IMG/VR virus record: IMGVR_UViG_3300010399_000003
Location: 1 to 48,852 of that record
Length of the DNA stretch: 48,852 nucleotides
Direction: 5' to 3' (one strand)
DNA from: a virus
Shown: positions 1-9,179 of the stretch, piece after piece
Layout of the letters: every line of letters starts with the position of its first letter
Numbering within the stretch: position 1 is the stretch's first letter
Made by a program: the position numbers and the translations under genes
The notes under the pieces: model-generated
What the model was told of the DNA's origin: nothing
The model's input: only the letters and a program-made list of their open reading frames with translations
Database searches by the model: none

Positions 1-1
1 C

Positions 2-157
2 AAGAAGGACAAGTACTGGCCGAAAGAATGGCCGCAGTGGGAAATGCGGGAAGTGGAAATGTGGGCGTGCGAGTTGCAGAAATACTGCACTGCGCTCGAC
101 GGATTCCAGAAGAACGGGAAGTATGGCAAGTTGAAGCGGAGATTTCGCTACGATTAG
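2..157 (+). CDS. 3' end of a gene truncated at the window start (hypothetical protein); frame 2 reads ...KDKYWPKEWPQWEMREVEMWACELQKYCTALDGFQKNGKYGKLKRRFRYD*
   Basis: Open frame from the window edge to TAG at 155-157, immediately followed by GGAG and the ATG of the next gene. It looks more protein-like than the listed 28..234 ORF. Confidence 0.4.
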   Translation, partial: KKDKYWPKEWPQWEMREVEMWACELQKYCTALDGFQKNGKYGKLKRRFRYD

Positions 158-166
158 GAGCTCACG

Positions 167-835
167 ATGGCGCGTTACTCCAAGCCAAGAGAATACATCG
201 ATTGGGTCGGTTGGACTGGCCTAAACATTACTAAGATGTTGGCAGCTTGCATCAAATTGCATGAGGCAACAACCGAGTATACGCTTCGCAAACGCGTCGA
301 ACAACTTCTTCCAGAGATCAGTGAAAAACTCACTGGTCAGCGTGCAACATACCAGGAAATTGTTCAACACACGAAAGAAACTCAGGATCGAATAATCACG
401 GACCTAAAACTTGCGCAGCGCGCAGATAAAACATTGCGTGAAGAAGAATTTACGCAATGGTGGGAGCCAGTTGTGCGAGCATATCGTGAGATCGTTCATC
501 CAGGATTTGCAACGACTCCAGTAGTCATGACACCAACATCGACGGTGGAATCAACGCCAATCGTTAAAGCACCGCGTTGCTTTAGCGATGCGGATCTGCG
601 CGCTGCTATTAAGATCTACGGATCAATGTGTCATTATTGCAAAGCACCATTCAGCGAATTAAATCCGCCTGTAGCGGACCATTACATGCCTGTTGCAAAG
701 GGCGGAGCGACAATTCTTGATAATTGTCGACCTGCTTGTGTTCCATGCAACAGTGCCAAAGGCGATCTTGATCCATTTGAATTCGGTATGAAACGTGGAA
801 TAAAAGTATCAGGCGGGCGCAAAGGATTTTCGTAA
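167..835 (+). CDS. HNH endonuclease
   Basis: C-terminal CHYCKAPF...ADHYMPVAKGG...CVPCNSAKGD matches the HNH motif (C-x2-C ... DH-x-P ... C-x2-C-N-x2-KG). RBS aggag lies upstream. Confidence 0.8.
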   Translation: MARYSKPREYIDWVGWTGLNITKMLAACIKLHEATTEYTLRKRVEQLLPEISEKLTGQRATYQEIVQHTKETQDRIITDLKLAQRADKTLREEEFTQWWEPVVRAYREIVHPGFATTPVVMTPTSTVESTPIVKAPRCFSDADLRAAIKIYGSMCHYCKAPFSELNPPVADHYMPVAKGGATILDNCRPACVPCNSAKGDLDPFEFGMKRGIKVSGGRKGFS

Positions 836-1393
836 ATGGCTCAATTGTTCGGCGACGAGGAGTTCGCCACTCCATTCCCTTACAAGACCACCGTCCGCGG
901 CGAGCAGTATGGTCCAGAAGATACCTATCTGCTCGCCGCCAAATGGTTGCGCGATTGTAAGACTGTCGCTGACTGGGGCGGCGGACGAGGATATTTCCAA
1001 AAGTGCCTCACGGCCGAACAAGCCTACCTCCTGATCGACGGGACGAAACAAGTGCCGCAGACGCGCATGGCGGATCTTGCCAAATACCGCGGCAAGAGCG
1101 AAGGTATTTTGCTCCGGCATGTCTTGGAGATGACCTTCGACTGGAAGGACGTGCTTACAAATGCCGTCGCCGCGTTTCAAAAGCGAATGGTAGTCGTGAC
1201 CTACACGCCGAATGTCAAGAAGACCCACCGAGCCAAGTGGCATCTCACATCGCCCGTTTTCCATTTCAATCATGAGGCTGATCTTGTGCCGCTGATGGAA
1301 CCTTATTTGGTGAAGATTGAGCCAATTCAAGCGTGGCCGACTTTGCCAGAACGAGTCTACTATCTGACAAAGGAAGGAGGTGAACGAGGATGA
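836..1393 (+). CDS. hypothetical protein with a possible SAM-binding Gly motif
   Basis: ATG directly follows the upstream stop. VADWGGGRGYF...LLIDG weakly resembles Rossmann methyltransferase motif I plus the acidic beta2 end. Confidence 0.55.
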   Translation: MAQLFGDEEFATPFPYKTTVRGEQYGPEDTYLLAAKWLRDCKTVADWGGGRGYFQKCLTAEQAYLLIDGTKQVPQTRMADLAKYRGKSEGILLRHVLEMTFDWKDVLTNAVAAFQKRMVVVTYTPNVKKTHRAKWHLTSPVFHFNHEADLVPLMEPYLVKIEPIQAWPTLPERVYYLTKEGGERG

Positions 1394-1632
1394 AATTGAT
1401 CGTTGGACAAAGCGTCTACTTCATCGATGAACATCGGATGGAGAGACCCGCGTTGGTCAAGCACGTGTGGCCTAGCCCAGATCGGCATCCGGATGGATGC
1501 AATTTGGTCTTTATCAGTGCTGACGAAACGCGAACCGACGGCGCTGGACGGCAAACTGAAATTCGCACGTCGGTGCCACACATCAGCACGCAGCCAGCTG
1601 GTGGCTATGCGTGGAAGCATGTGAACGAGTAA
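1390..1632 (+). CDS. hypothetical protein
   Basis: ATGA overlap with the upstream gene; GGAGG SD at 1375-1379. Confidence 0.5.
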   Translation: MKLIVGQSVYFIDEHRMERPALVKHVWPSPDRHPDGCNLVFISADETRTDGAGRQTEIRTSVPHISTQPAGGYAWKHVNE

Positions 1633-1889
1633 GTGTTGGGCACCAGTCGGAACCGATGAGGAACCTATCACTGGTGCGATTATCGTTGATGGATAAACAC
1701 AGTCCTTTTGCAAATTTTAATGCGACGAAACCGATTTCTCCGTCGCGCACTGTCCACGTCTTGTTCTGCGACGTCTGCCACTACGTCTGGAAAGCACCTG
1801 CTGCAACAACTCAATGCATCAATTGCAAGGGCAACGGCGATACCGTCCGAAGTCTTGTCCAATACGAAACGGAAGTGCGAATCACGTGA
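1611..1889 (+). CDS. hypothetical Cys-containing small protein; start uncertain (alternatives at 1656 or 1689)
   Basis: ORF with CDVCHY...CINCKG Cys pairs; ends 10 nt before the next gene. Confidence 0.4.
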   Translation: MEACERVSVGHQSEPMRNLSLVRLSLMDKHSPFANFNATKPISPSRTVHVLFCDVCHYVWKAPAATTQCINCKGNGDTVRSLVQYETEVRIT

Positions 1890-1898
1890 GGAGAACCG

Positions 1899-2960
1899 AT
1901 GAGAGTCCTGCAAGTTCGCAACGTTCATGAAGCACTTCCGCATGCACTGAAGTTGCTCGACGAAGAAGGCGAGCCTCGTAATTCACGGAACGGCCCGGTC
2001 TTGATCGGACCGAGTGTGACGACGATCTACGAGCGACCGATTGAGCGCGTGATGTTCTGGCCGACTCGTGACTGTAATCCGTTTTATCATCTCTACGAGG
2101 CTTTGTGGATGTTGGGCGGACGTCGGGATTCCGCACCGTTGACGCGGTATGCCAAGAACGCTGCTGACTATGCCGACGAGGATGGAAATTGGCACGGCGC
2201 GTATGGCTATCGGTGGCGAAAGCAATATGGCTTTGACCAGTTGCAAGTCATTGCAGATCGATTGCGGAAAAATCCGGATGACCGTCGATCCGTACTTACG
2301 ATGTGGAGTCCGGGCTTAGATTTGAACCCGACAGACGCTCATAAAGATTTGCCGTGCAATACGATGGCGACCTTTCAGCGTGGTCTCGACGGCGAATTGA
2401 ACCTGACGGTCTTCTGTCGAAGCAATGATATCATCTGGGGTGCCTATGGCGCCAACGCCGTGCACTTTTCCATGTTGCTCGAATACATGGCACTCTGGAT
2501 TGGATGCGCGGTCGGCACTTACACTCAGATCAGCGTCAATTGGCACGCCTACGTCGACAAGCTCGATCAGGTGAAGACCATCCGTCCTGACTATATGGAT
2601 TTCGTCGACAATCCCTACATCGACGGCCGCGCTTATCCAGCGCAGATGTTCCATTGTGAGATCGAGGAAGCGGATCGTCGGATTGCAGCGTTGCTCTTTT
2701 CGGCGGATACTGGTTTCAAGCACGCACGGCAATTCGGCGACGACGAGCCATTCTTCAACGCTGCTTTTTCCATCCTGATTGCGCATCACTATTGGCGGAC
2801 GTTGCCTCCGCCAGATCGATTCACGGTGGCGTTAGACCGCCTGAAACAGGACAATCAACGCAATGACTGGATTGTCGCGGCGCGTGAATGGGTGGAACGA
2901 CGATACAAGATCTGGCAGGCGAAAGAAGCGGTGCAATCCGGCGATTTGAGCCATCCATGA
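1899..2960 (+). CDS. thymidylate synthase family protein (ThyA or pyrimidine hydroxymethylase-like) with a divergent extended C-terminus
   Basis: By eye it aligns to ThyA: LWMLGG, R-x-x-YG-x-x-WR, LPCNTMATFQ (the catalytic Cys in a PC[HN] context), CRSNDIIWGAYGAN (with the dUMP-specifying Asn) and NWHAY. About 90 residues follow the TS fold. GGAG RBS present. Confidence 0.8.
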   Translation: MRVLQVRNVHEALPHALKLLDEEGEPRNSRNGPVLIGPSVTTIYERPIERVMFWPTRDCNPFYHLYEALWMLGGRRDSAPLTRYAKNAADYADEDGNWHGAYGYRWRKQYGFDQLQVIADRLRKNPDDRRSVLTMWSPGLDLNPTDAHKDLPCNTMATFQRGLDGELNLTVFCRSNDIIWGAYGANAVHFSMLLEYMALWIGCAVGTYTQISVNWHAYVDKLDQVKTIRPDYMDFVDNPYIDGRAYPAQMFHCEIEEADRRIAALLFSADTGFKHARQFGDDEPFFNAAFSILIAHHYWRTLPPPDRFTVALDRLKQDNQRNDWIVAAREWVERRYKIWQAKEAVQSGDLSHP

Positions 2961-3493
2961 AGATCAGTTCGAAGCGCGAGTTCTTCGAGAAGTGGCGTGC
3001 TGGCCTTCTTGGAAATCGCACGCAACTGTGGTGGGACCCGCATGAAGCCTGGCGATCAGGAGTCCGAGAATATGGCTTCCGAGAACACCGAGCTGGCGGC
3101 GGCACATGGGAACGAGTCTATCGTCAGGATTTCTGGAATACGGTCGATCGCTGGAAAGAAGCTGGTCGGGTTTTCACGATGGATGACGTCTGTCCCGATG
3201 AGCATCAAACTATACAGGGCGAACTCTGCCGAACCTTTCGCGGACTTGAAGGATTCATTGGGGCAAGTCAGATTCCGATGCGGAAGGCGATGGCTGCTGG
3301 TATTCTTCGGCCACGGTCCAGCGTTGAAGTTTTGGTGCTACTTGAACGGTATATGGATCCTGCTTCACGTGATGATGTGGATGCTTTTTTGGATCTATTC
3401 CCAGACGCGACGATAGAATTCACGTGCTTCACCGTGGATGTTGGCAACATCCCTGGCCGCAATACCCTGTTTTGGGAGGTCAGAGACTATTGA
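2957..3493 (+). CDS. hypothetical protein
   Basis: ATGA overlap with the thyA-like stop; 178 aa ORF (MKISSKREFFEKW...). Confidence 0.55.
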   Translation: MKISSKREFFEKWRAGLLGNRTQLWWDPHEAWRSGVREYGFREHRAGGGTWERVYRQDFWNTVDRWKEAGRVFTMDDVCPDEHQTIQGELCRTFRGLEGFIGASQIPMRKAMAAGILRPRSSVEVLVLLERYMDPASRDDVDAFLDLFPDATIEFTCFTVDVGNIPGRNTLFWEVRDY

Positions 3494-3504
3494 GGATTCG
3501 CACC

Positions 3505-3639
3505 ATGCTCCGAAGATTTTGGGACTGGCTGTGGTCAGAGAAAGCAGATTTTGTATCGCAACAATGGCTGGAAGAAAATCGTAGCAAGTCGCGACCTGAT
3601 AATCCGAAGTCAGTCTCGTCGCGGCGCGAGATTGAATAG
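3505..3639 (+). CDS. possible small protein (44 aa)
   Basis: Internal ATG of ORF 3424..3639, filling the 160-nt gap between neighbouring genes; weak. Confidence 0.25.
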   Translation: MLRRFWDWLWSEKADFVSQQWLEENRSKSRPDNPKSVSSRREIE

Positions 3640-3651
3640 AAAGGATTTCCA

Positions 3652-4512
3652 TTGTTACATACAGTGCTCAACCTGACGCGGCCGTTAGTGATGCTCGACG
3701 AAGAAACGACTGGCTTGAATACAAACGAAGCCAGGATCGTCGAGATCGGTTTTCAAATCTGGACCGCGGCTGGTTTGGAGAAGGAATGGCGATCCCTGAT
3801 TAACCCGGAAATTTCCATCCCTGAAGAAGCCTCGAGAACCAACCATATCACCGATGCATCGATGAAATTATGTAATCGATGTGCAAAAGATCGTGAATCG
3901 CATCCATTGCCGGATTGCGAGGAATTCAAACCTGTTCCACGATTTCGGGATATTGCGGCAAGTTTGGCGAAAGGATTTACGAATGTCGATTTCGCCGGCA
4001 AGAATGTGCGATATGATCTTCGTGTGCTGTCGTCAGAGATGGTTCGTGTTGGAGTGCCGTGGAATTACGTCGGTGCCCGCATTATTGATGCTGACCGACT
4101 CGAACAACTCGGTGAGCCCCGAACGTTATCACATCTCTACGAAAAACACACTGGCAAGAAAATGGAAAACGCCCATGAGGCACTTGCTGATGTGCGAGGG
4201 ACTACAGAAATTATCGTGGCGCAAATGCGCAAATACTCTGCGCTGCCTAGATCACTCGATATGTTGCATGAATTGCAGTGGCCAGGCTGGATTGACGAGA
4301 ATGGCAAATTCAAATTCGTCAATGGTGTGGCTACGTGCATGTTTGGGAAGTGGCGTGATCGTCCTATGAAAGCCATCGAACCAAGTTACTGGGATTGGAT
4401 CTGTCGCTCTGACTTCCCACCTGACATCAAAGCACTTGCTGAGCAAGCGAAACTCGGCAAATTTCCGGAGGCGCCAAGTGGCGAGAGTAAAGACGTTTCT
4501 GGTACATCCTGA
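3652..4512 (+). CDS. DnaQ-like (DEDDh) 3'-5' exonuclease, DNA polymerase III epsilon-like
   Basis: Exo I motif VMLDEETTGL near the N-terminus and Exo III motif HEALADVRGT. TTG start preceded by AAAGGA. Confidence 0.8.
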   Translation: MLHTVLNLTRPLVMLDEETTGLNTNEARIVEIGFQIWTAAGLEKEWRSLINPEISIPEEASRTNHITDASMKLCNRCAKDRESHPLPDCEEFKPVPRFRDIAASLAKGFTNVDFAGKNVRYDLRVLSSEMVRVGVPWNYVGARIIDADRLEQLGEPRTLSHLYEKHTGKKMENAHEALADVRGTTEIIVAQMRKYSALPRSLDMLHELQWPGWIDENGKFKFVNGVATCMFGKWRDRPMKAIEPSYWDWICRSDFPPDIKALAEQAKLGKFPEAPSGESKDVSGTS

Positions 4513-4771
4513 GAAAGGTCCACACGATTTGGAAATCGCACGATTCATCACCGAGTGTGAAGAGAAGTTCTACGTCAACGTCGTGACGCAATACCTGCCG
4601 GTGCCGACACCTCGCGTGCTTGTAATCGTGACCAAACTCGACGAGAAAGATCCGACACAACCACAATCGCAGCTTCAACCACAACAACCATCGACGCGCG
4701 CAGAAAGGACACCACATGACCGGCACAATCAAGCGGCTCATTCAGGACAAGCAGTTCGGGTTCATTCGTGA
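4478..4771 (+). CDS. doubtful overlapping ORF in the csp leader region
   Basis: Protein-like stretch EIARFITECEEKFYVNVVTQYLPVPTPRVLVIVTKLDEK. It has only a GTG/TTG start, overlaps both neighbours, and its tail is low-complexity. Confidence 0.2.
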   Translation: MARVKTFLVHPEKGPHDLEIARFITECEEKFYVNVVTQYLPVPTPRVLVIVTKLDEKDPTQPQSQLQPQQPSTRAERTPHDRHNQAAHSGQAVRVHS

Positions 4772-4919
4772 CGAGAAGGGGAAAGAATACTTTTTCCATT
4801 CGTCCGGATTGAAGAATGCACAGTTCGCAGCGCTGCAGGAAGGCCAGGAAGTGACCTTCGAAGATACGGATGGCGTCAAAGGACCGAGGGCGGAAGATAT
4901 CTATGTTGGTCGCGCCTGA
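4716..4919 (+). CDS. cold-shock protein (CspA family, cold-shock domain)
   Basis: 67 aa: MTGTIKRLIQDKQFGFIRDEKGKEYFFHSSGL...FEDTDGVKGPRAEDIYV. RNP1-like KGFGFI and the FFH motif are typical of Csp. Confidence 0.85.
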   Translation: MTGTIKRLIQDKQFGFIRDEKGKEYFFHSSGLKNAQFAALQEGQEVTFEDTDGVKGPRAEDIYVGRA

Positions 4920-6537
4920 ACCGGATTTCACCAAGTGCCGTCTTGTCCAATTGGCAGACGGCACTTGGTCCGGCGTGAAAGAGCACGTCAAGCTCGGTGT
5001 GCGAGCTTTGCTAGCTAATCCCTATTTCGGACTCTTGGACGAAATGGGAGCTATGAAGTCAGCACAAACAATCATCGCCGCGCAGTTTCTCTTCGAACAG
5101 GGCGTCATTGATCAGGTGTTGGTCGTTGCGCCAAATTCGGTTCGTGATGTATGGTTCGATGAGGAACTCGGTGAATTGCAGAAACATCTCTTCACACCGT
5201 CTATCATCCAACTCTATCATAGTCGTACAAGGGAGTGGTATTTCCAACCGGAAAAGAAACCGCACTTATTCTGGATCATCACGAATTATGAGTTCATTCG
5301 TGCAGAACCGCGGCTCGCTGAATTGTTGCCGCTAGTCGGGCCGAAGACGCTCCTCGTACTTGATGAATCCAGCGCGGTCAAAAGTTACGGCGCGAAGCAA
5401 ACACAAGCCTGTTTCAAACTCCGAAAGCAATGCGGTCGTATCGTTATCCTGAATGGCACACCCATTGCAAACAACCCGATGGATATGTTTAGTCAGGGTA
5501 ATCTCATGCATCCGGATATTCTCGACTGTCGTGGGATTACGCATTTCCGAGCGCGATACGCAATCATGGGCGGTTACGTGGTGCGGACTGCGTGGGGCAG
5601 CCATCCGACACAGATTGTTGGTTATCAACATCTTGATGATCTTCAACGTCGTTTCGCGCCATATGTGTTACGACGCTTGAAACGCGATTGTCTCGATTTG
5701 CCACCAGTCTTGCCGGCTGTAACGCTGACAGCAACGCTCACCCCTGCCGAATGGAAAATTTACAAGGAGATGCGTGATGACCTCGTGGCGTGGCTATCGG
5801 ATGCGACTGTTTCTGTGGCTGCTCAAACGATTACAAAAGTCCTTAGACTCTCGCAAATCACCAGTGGGTTCATCGGCGGTTTGGAACCAGAAATCCTCGA
5901 GGATTTGAATGACGGAAGACCAGATTGGCTTCCGGCTCTTGGGAATCCTAATGGTGGTTATCGTCATCCTTTGGATCCTGCTGACACGACCCGAGAGATA
6001 GGACGGGCCAAGCTCGATGTGTTCTATGAGTGGCTCGACGAACAATTCGAAGCAGATCACAACCTCAAGCTCCTGATCTGGTGCCGCTGGATTCCAGAGC
6101 TTCAACGGTTGCTCAAAGAGCTCGCCGAGCGATATCCAAAAGCGGAACTCGGATGTATTGCTGGGAAGGCGTTGCTTGGCAGTACGAAGAATCAGGAACG
6201 ACAGACTGCGCTCCGATTGCTCGATCCTCGCACTGCGCCTGCTGGCCCGGTGCTAGTTGGCGGGACGTATGGAACTGGTGCGCTGGGACTGAATCTAACT
6301 GCGTGTCATACGATGGTCAAGATGAGTCACGACTATTCATATTGGAAGGCGATTCAGACAGATGCACGCATCGATCGACCTGGTCAGACACAACCTGTAT
6401 CACAATTCGACATCGTTGCAGTTGGTCCTCAAGGGCAAAAGACGATAGATCACGTGATTGTCAAGGCGCTTCGTTCGAAAGAAGAAGTGGCGGATTACAC
6501 GACTTCTGCATGGATTCACGCTCTGACAGAATCGTAA
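4903..6537 (+). CDS. SNF2/RAD54-family helicase (SF2 ATPase)
   Basis: Motif II LVLDESSAVKS and motif III RIVILNGTPIANNPMDMFS (SNF2 'LTGTPIQN'-like). C-terminal helicase lobe present. Start is 4903 or 4870. Confidence 0.8.
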   Translation: MLVAPEPDFTKCRLVQLADGTWSGVKEHVKLGVRALLANPYFGLLDEMGAMKSAQTIIAAQFLFEQGVIDQVLVVAPNSVRDVWFDEELGELQKHLFTPSIIQLYHSRTREWYFQPEKKPHLFWIITNYEFIRAEPRLAELLPLVGPKTLLVLDESSAVKSYGAKQTQACFKLRKQCGRIVILNGTPIANNPMDMFSQGNLMHPDILDCRGITHFRARYAIMGGYVVRTAWGSHPTQIVGYQHLDDLQRRFAPYVLRRLKRDCLDLPPVLPAVTLTATLTPAEWKIYKEMRDDLVAWLSDATVSVAAQTITKVLRLSQITSGFIGGLEPEILEDLNDGRPDWLPALGNPNGGYRHPLDPADTTREIGRAKLDVFYEWLDEQFEADHNLKLLIWCRWIPELQRLLKELAERYPKAELGCIAGKALLGSTKNQERQTALRLLDPRTAPAGPVLVGGTYGTGALGLNLTACHTMVKMSHDYSYWKAIQTDARIDRPGQTQPVSQFDIVAVGPQGQKTIDHVIVKALRSKEEVADYTTSAWIHALTES

Positions 6538-6633
6538 GATTGCGCTTTACAATCAAGCCCACTTACGGTATAGTCGCGTTCGGTTCAGTCGCCCGGAACA
6601 AGGTCGGGTTTGACGAACCTGAGGTCTGGAAAG

Positions 6634-6897
6634 ATGACCGACAGAAACGACCCTTCCACGCCAAAGACTTCCCCAACCGCATCCACAGTCTCAAATACTT
6701 GCGACGACCTGAGCCCACGCGGCGCTGACGGTCGAAGCCGACAGGCTGCTTCGGATGCGGTTGGGGACCGCGGATTATGCGAAGAATGCGACGGTCGCGG
6801 GAAAATCCTCGACGCACCTGATCGGGTGCTCGATGGTCGTGCGTATTGGACGACGTGTCCAGAATGCCTCGGGACTGGCTATGCCTCCAAAAGTTAA
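6634..6897 (+). CDS. small zinc-finger protein (DnaJ-like CxxCxGxG motifs)
   Basis: CEECDGRGK...CPECLGTG; GAGG SD before the ATG at 6634. Confidence 0.5.
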   Translation: MTDRNDPSTPKTSPTASTVSNTCDDLSPRGADGRSRQAASDAVGDRGLCEECDGRGKILDAPDRVLDGRAYWTTCPECLGTGYASKS

Positions 6898-7294
6898 GCC
6901 AATCGTAATCGCTGCTAGCGAAGCGGCACGTAGATCGATTTCTGCTGAACAGCAACGAAAGAAGATCGCACAACGAATGGCCGTATTAGCGAAACGTCAG
7001 CATGAGACTGCTGTTGCAAAAGCCTTAGCGAGTGTTCCGCGGCACCTCAAAGAAATCAACGATCAAATTCAAGCAGCGATCAAGACTGGTGACAATGCAG
7101 TTACTGCGCATTTCAACGTAAGTCCGACGTCTGGTCCGGTGTGTGAAGCGATCACCAAAGAATTGAAGAAACTTGGTTATCAGGTGGCTGCTGAATTTCG
7201 TGAATACGATGAAAACATGGGCGATTTCAATGCGCCCTGTAACGTGCACGTTTCAGAAGTCATTTTGACGATATCGTGGAAAAGAACTCCATGA
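6881..7294 (+). CDS. hypothetical protein
   Basis: ORF MPPKVKPIVIAASEAARR...; 17-nt overlap with the upstream gene. Confidence 0.5.
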   Translation: MPPKVKPIVIAASEAARRSISAEQQRKKIAQRMAVLAKRQHETAVAKALASVPRHLKEINDQIQAAIKTGDNAVTAHFNVSPTSGPVCEAITKELKKLGYQVAAEFREYDENMGDFNAPCNVHVSEVILTISWKRTP

Positions 7295-7554
7295 AGCTCC
7301 TACCATTTGAATCATTCGCGACGGATGACGGGATTGTCTGCCCGATGTGTAATTATTGCCATGCACAGGGTGGCATTTTCAACAGCACGATTACGAAATT
7401 TTGTGTTCTTGTGCACGCACCTGGTCAGACGCTCGATTTGACAACACTCAGCTCAGAACGAGTTCCTCACTTAGATCGAACCTGTCGTCGATGCGGATAT
7501 CAGTGGCAGGAAGAAACGTGTGCACCGATGAGCCATCCGCGTTATGACGTGTAA
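7291..7554 (+). CDS. zinc-ribbon small protein
   Basis: CPMCNYCH ... CRRCGYQW Cys pairs; overlaps upstream stop. Confidence 0.45.
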   Translation: MKLLPFESFATDDGIVCPMCNYCHAQGGIFNSTITKFCVLVHAPGQTLDLTTLSSERVPHLDRTCRRCGYQWQEETCAPMSHPRYDV

Positions 7555-7981
7555 AAATTGCGGAATGGAAATCAGTGTAGAACGCCAAGCGGCGGTTCCT
7601 GGTGAGCAGTGGTGTAAGGATTGTGTCGAGAAGGCCGGGGACGTCGAGCCAATTCGTGGCGTCATGCTGTGGCATCATAAGACGGCTCCGGAGCTCTACA
7701 TCGGCCCAGGAACCGACGAGATTCTGAACGGGCAACGGCGCGGCCCTCATGCCCAGCTCGGCTTGGGGTCTAAGAACAGCCCCGTCGTGGTTAAGAGCTT
7801 GCAGACCTTCAACCTGTCATCCAGCCTCAACCTGAAAGACCGCCCCGAACCACCGTCGACACTCGAACCTGCCGTTTTCCATCCGTCGCGATGTCACCCT
7901 GAACGACCGCGTGTGACGCCGAAGGGTCACTGTATGGAATGTGCATTACTGTGGTATCAGCAATATCAGAAGCATCGATGA
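7544..7981 (+). CDS. TraR/DksA-family C4 zinc-finger protein
   Basis: N-terminal CKNCGMEISVERQAAVPGEQWCKDC fits the C-x2-C-x(17)-C-x2-C TraR/DksA finger. Confidence 0.55.
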   Translation: MTCKNCGMEISVERQAAVPGEQWCKDCVEKAGDVEPIRGVMLWHHKTAPELYIGPGTDEILNGQRRGPHAQLGLGSKNSPVVVKSLQTFNLSSSLNLKDRPEPPSTLEPAVFHPSRCHPERPRVTPKGHCMECALLWYQQYQKHR

Positions 7982-8181
7982 GCTATTGCTTTGACGTCAT
8001 GTCTCGTGTTTTTGATCAACACATCGCACCGAAAATTGACCAGGAAATTGCTATGGAATTTTCGATGCTGATTCAGGAAATGCACTCGGCAAATCACCGC
8101 TTGAATGATAGCATCAACAAAGACAATCAGGTGTCGAAACAGGCACGTGATCTAGATGAGTGTGCGAAACGAAAACATTAA
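7978..8181 (+). CDS. hypothetical protein (low-GC islet)
   Basis: ATGA overlap with the upstream stop; AT-rich codon usage differs from the flanks. Confidence 0.45.
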   Translation: MSYCFDVMSRVFDQHIAPKIDQEIAMEFSMLIQEMHSANHRLNDSINKDNQVSKQARDLDECAKRKH

Positions 8182-8641
8182 AATTGGAATGACACTTCAC
8201 GAACGAATTCAACTCTTCCTTTTGGCTTTGAATGGTGATGATTTTCCATCAGATGGATTGTGTCATCATCTCGGAACTGGCTTTAGGCAGGGAATGTTTT
8301 ATGTTTCTATCGCTGATAATGGGTCGCGCATGTTGTTGATGATTTATAATCAGCAATTAAAGAAATTTAGTTCGAAAGTCTTTGATCACATTCGTGCAGA
8401 AGTCACGAAAATTGCTCCGATTATAGCGGAATGGAACGGCATGCATGGAGCAAGTGGTATTTCTTTGATCATAGCTAAACCTGTCCCGCGAGCTCTCCTA
8501 GTTGCAATCACCAATTACAATCGACTGACTGATGTCTTCAGCAGGAGTAAAGAACAAGAAGCTCGATTTACAAAATTTGATAACTGGGAACGTCAACAAT
8601 TACAACTCGTCGGCTGGGAGGATATGGATGGGGAAATATAG
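8156..8641 (+). CDS. hypothetical protein (low-GC islet)
   Basis: 161-aa ORF in the AT-rich segment. Confidence 0.5.
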   Translation: MSVRNENIKIGMTLHERIQLFLLALNGDDFPSDGLCHHLGTGFRQGMFYVSIADNGSRMLLMIYNQQLKKFSSKVFDHIRAEVTKIAPIIAEWNGMHGASGISLIIAKPVPRALLVAITNYNRLTDVFSRSKEQEARFTKFDNWERQQLQLVGWEDMDGEI

Positions 8642-9179
8642 TGGAGTAGTCGACAAGCTTCCACGACTGGCGAGTGAAGAGCCGGCATATCAGGAAAAGA
8701 TCAACGCGCTGAAAGAAGTCATCGCGTCGGAACCGGATTTCCAACGGCACGCTTCGGCGCTCGCCAGGATGTATATCGACACGCGAACCGGATTAGCACC
8801 GGAGTCATTGAATCAGGAAGCCCGTGAGTCGTTGATCGTCGCGCTCGGCAAGGAAGGACTCCAAGAGTTGCTGTCTGAGTGTCAGATGCGTCTAACGGCG
8901 ATTGAGCAAATGCTGGTCGAACAGTACGAGGTGGAAGACACGACGAGTCTCCGGTTGGATACTGGCGCGTCCGTGGCTGTGCAACTCGAACCTTACGCGC
9001 AGGTTCGCGATCGGGAGACGTATCGATTGTGGTGCATAAAGGAAGGATTTGCACCAATCATGACCGTGCCGTGGCAGACCACGAATACGGAAACGAAACG
9101 TCGGTTGCTTGCCGGCGAACCGCCACCTCCTGGAGTCGAAGCGTATGCACATCCGAAGATTGTGTTGAGGCGAGGATGA
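8628..9179 (+). CDS. hypothetical protein
   Basis: Start chosen at MGKYSG with GGAG upstream; GC content returns to the background level. Confidence 0.5.
   Translation: MGKYSGVVDKLPRLASEEPAYQEKINALKEVIASEPDFQRHASALARMYIDTRTGLAPESLNQEARESLIVALGKEGLQELLSECQMRLTAIEQMLVEQYEVEDTTSLRLDTGASVAVQLEPYAQVRDRETYRLWCIKEGFAPIMTVPWQTTNTETKRRLLAGEPPPPGVEAYAHPKIVLRRG

Noticed and set aside
28-234. 68-aa + ORF at the window start
   Set aside because: Overlaps the HNH gene start and is Ala/Gly/Arg-rich. The frame-2 partial ORF (2..157) ending just before the HNH RBS is more plausible.
1003-1275. 90-aa alternative-frame ORF inside 836..1393
   Set aside because: Arg-rich shadow ORF of a coding gene.
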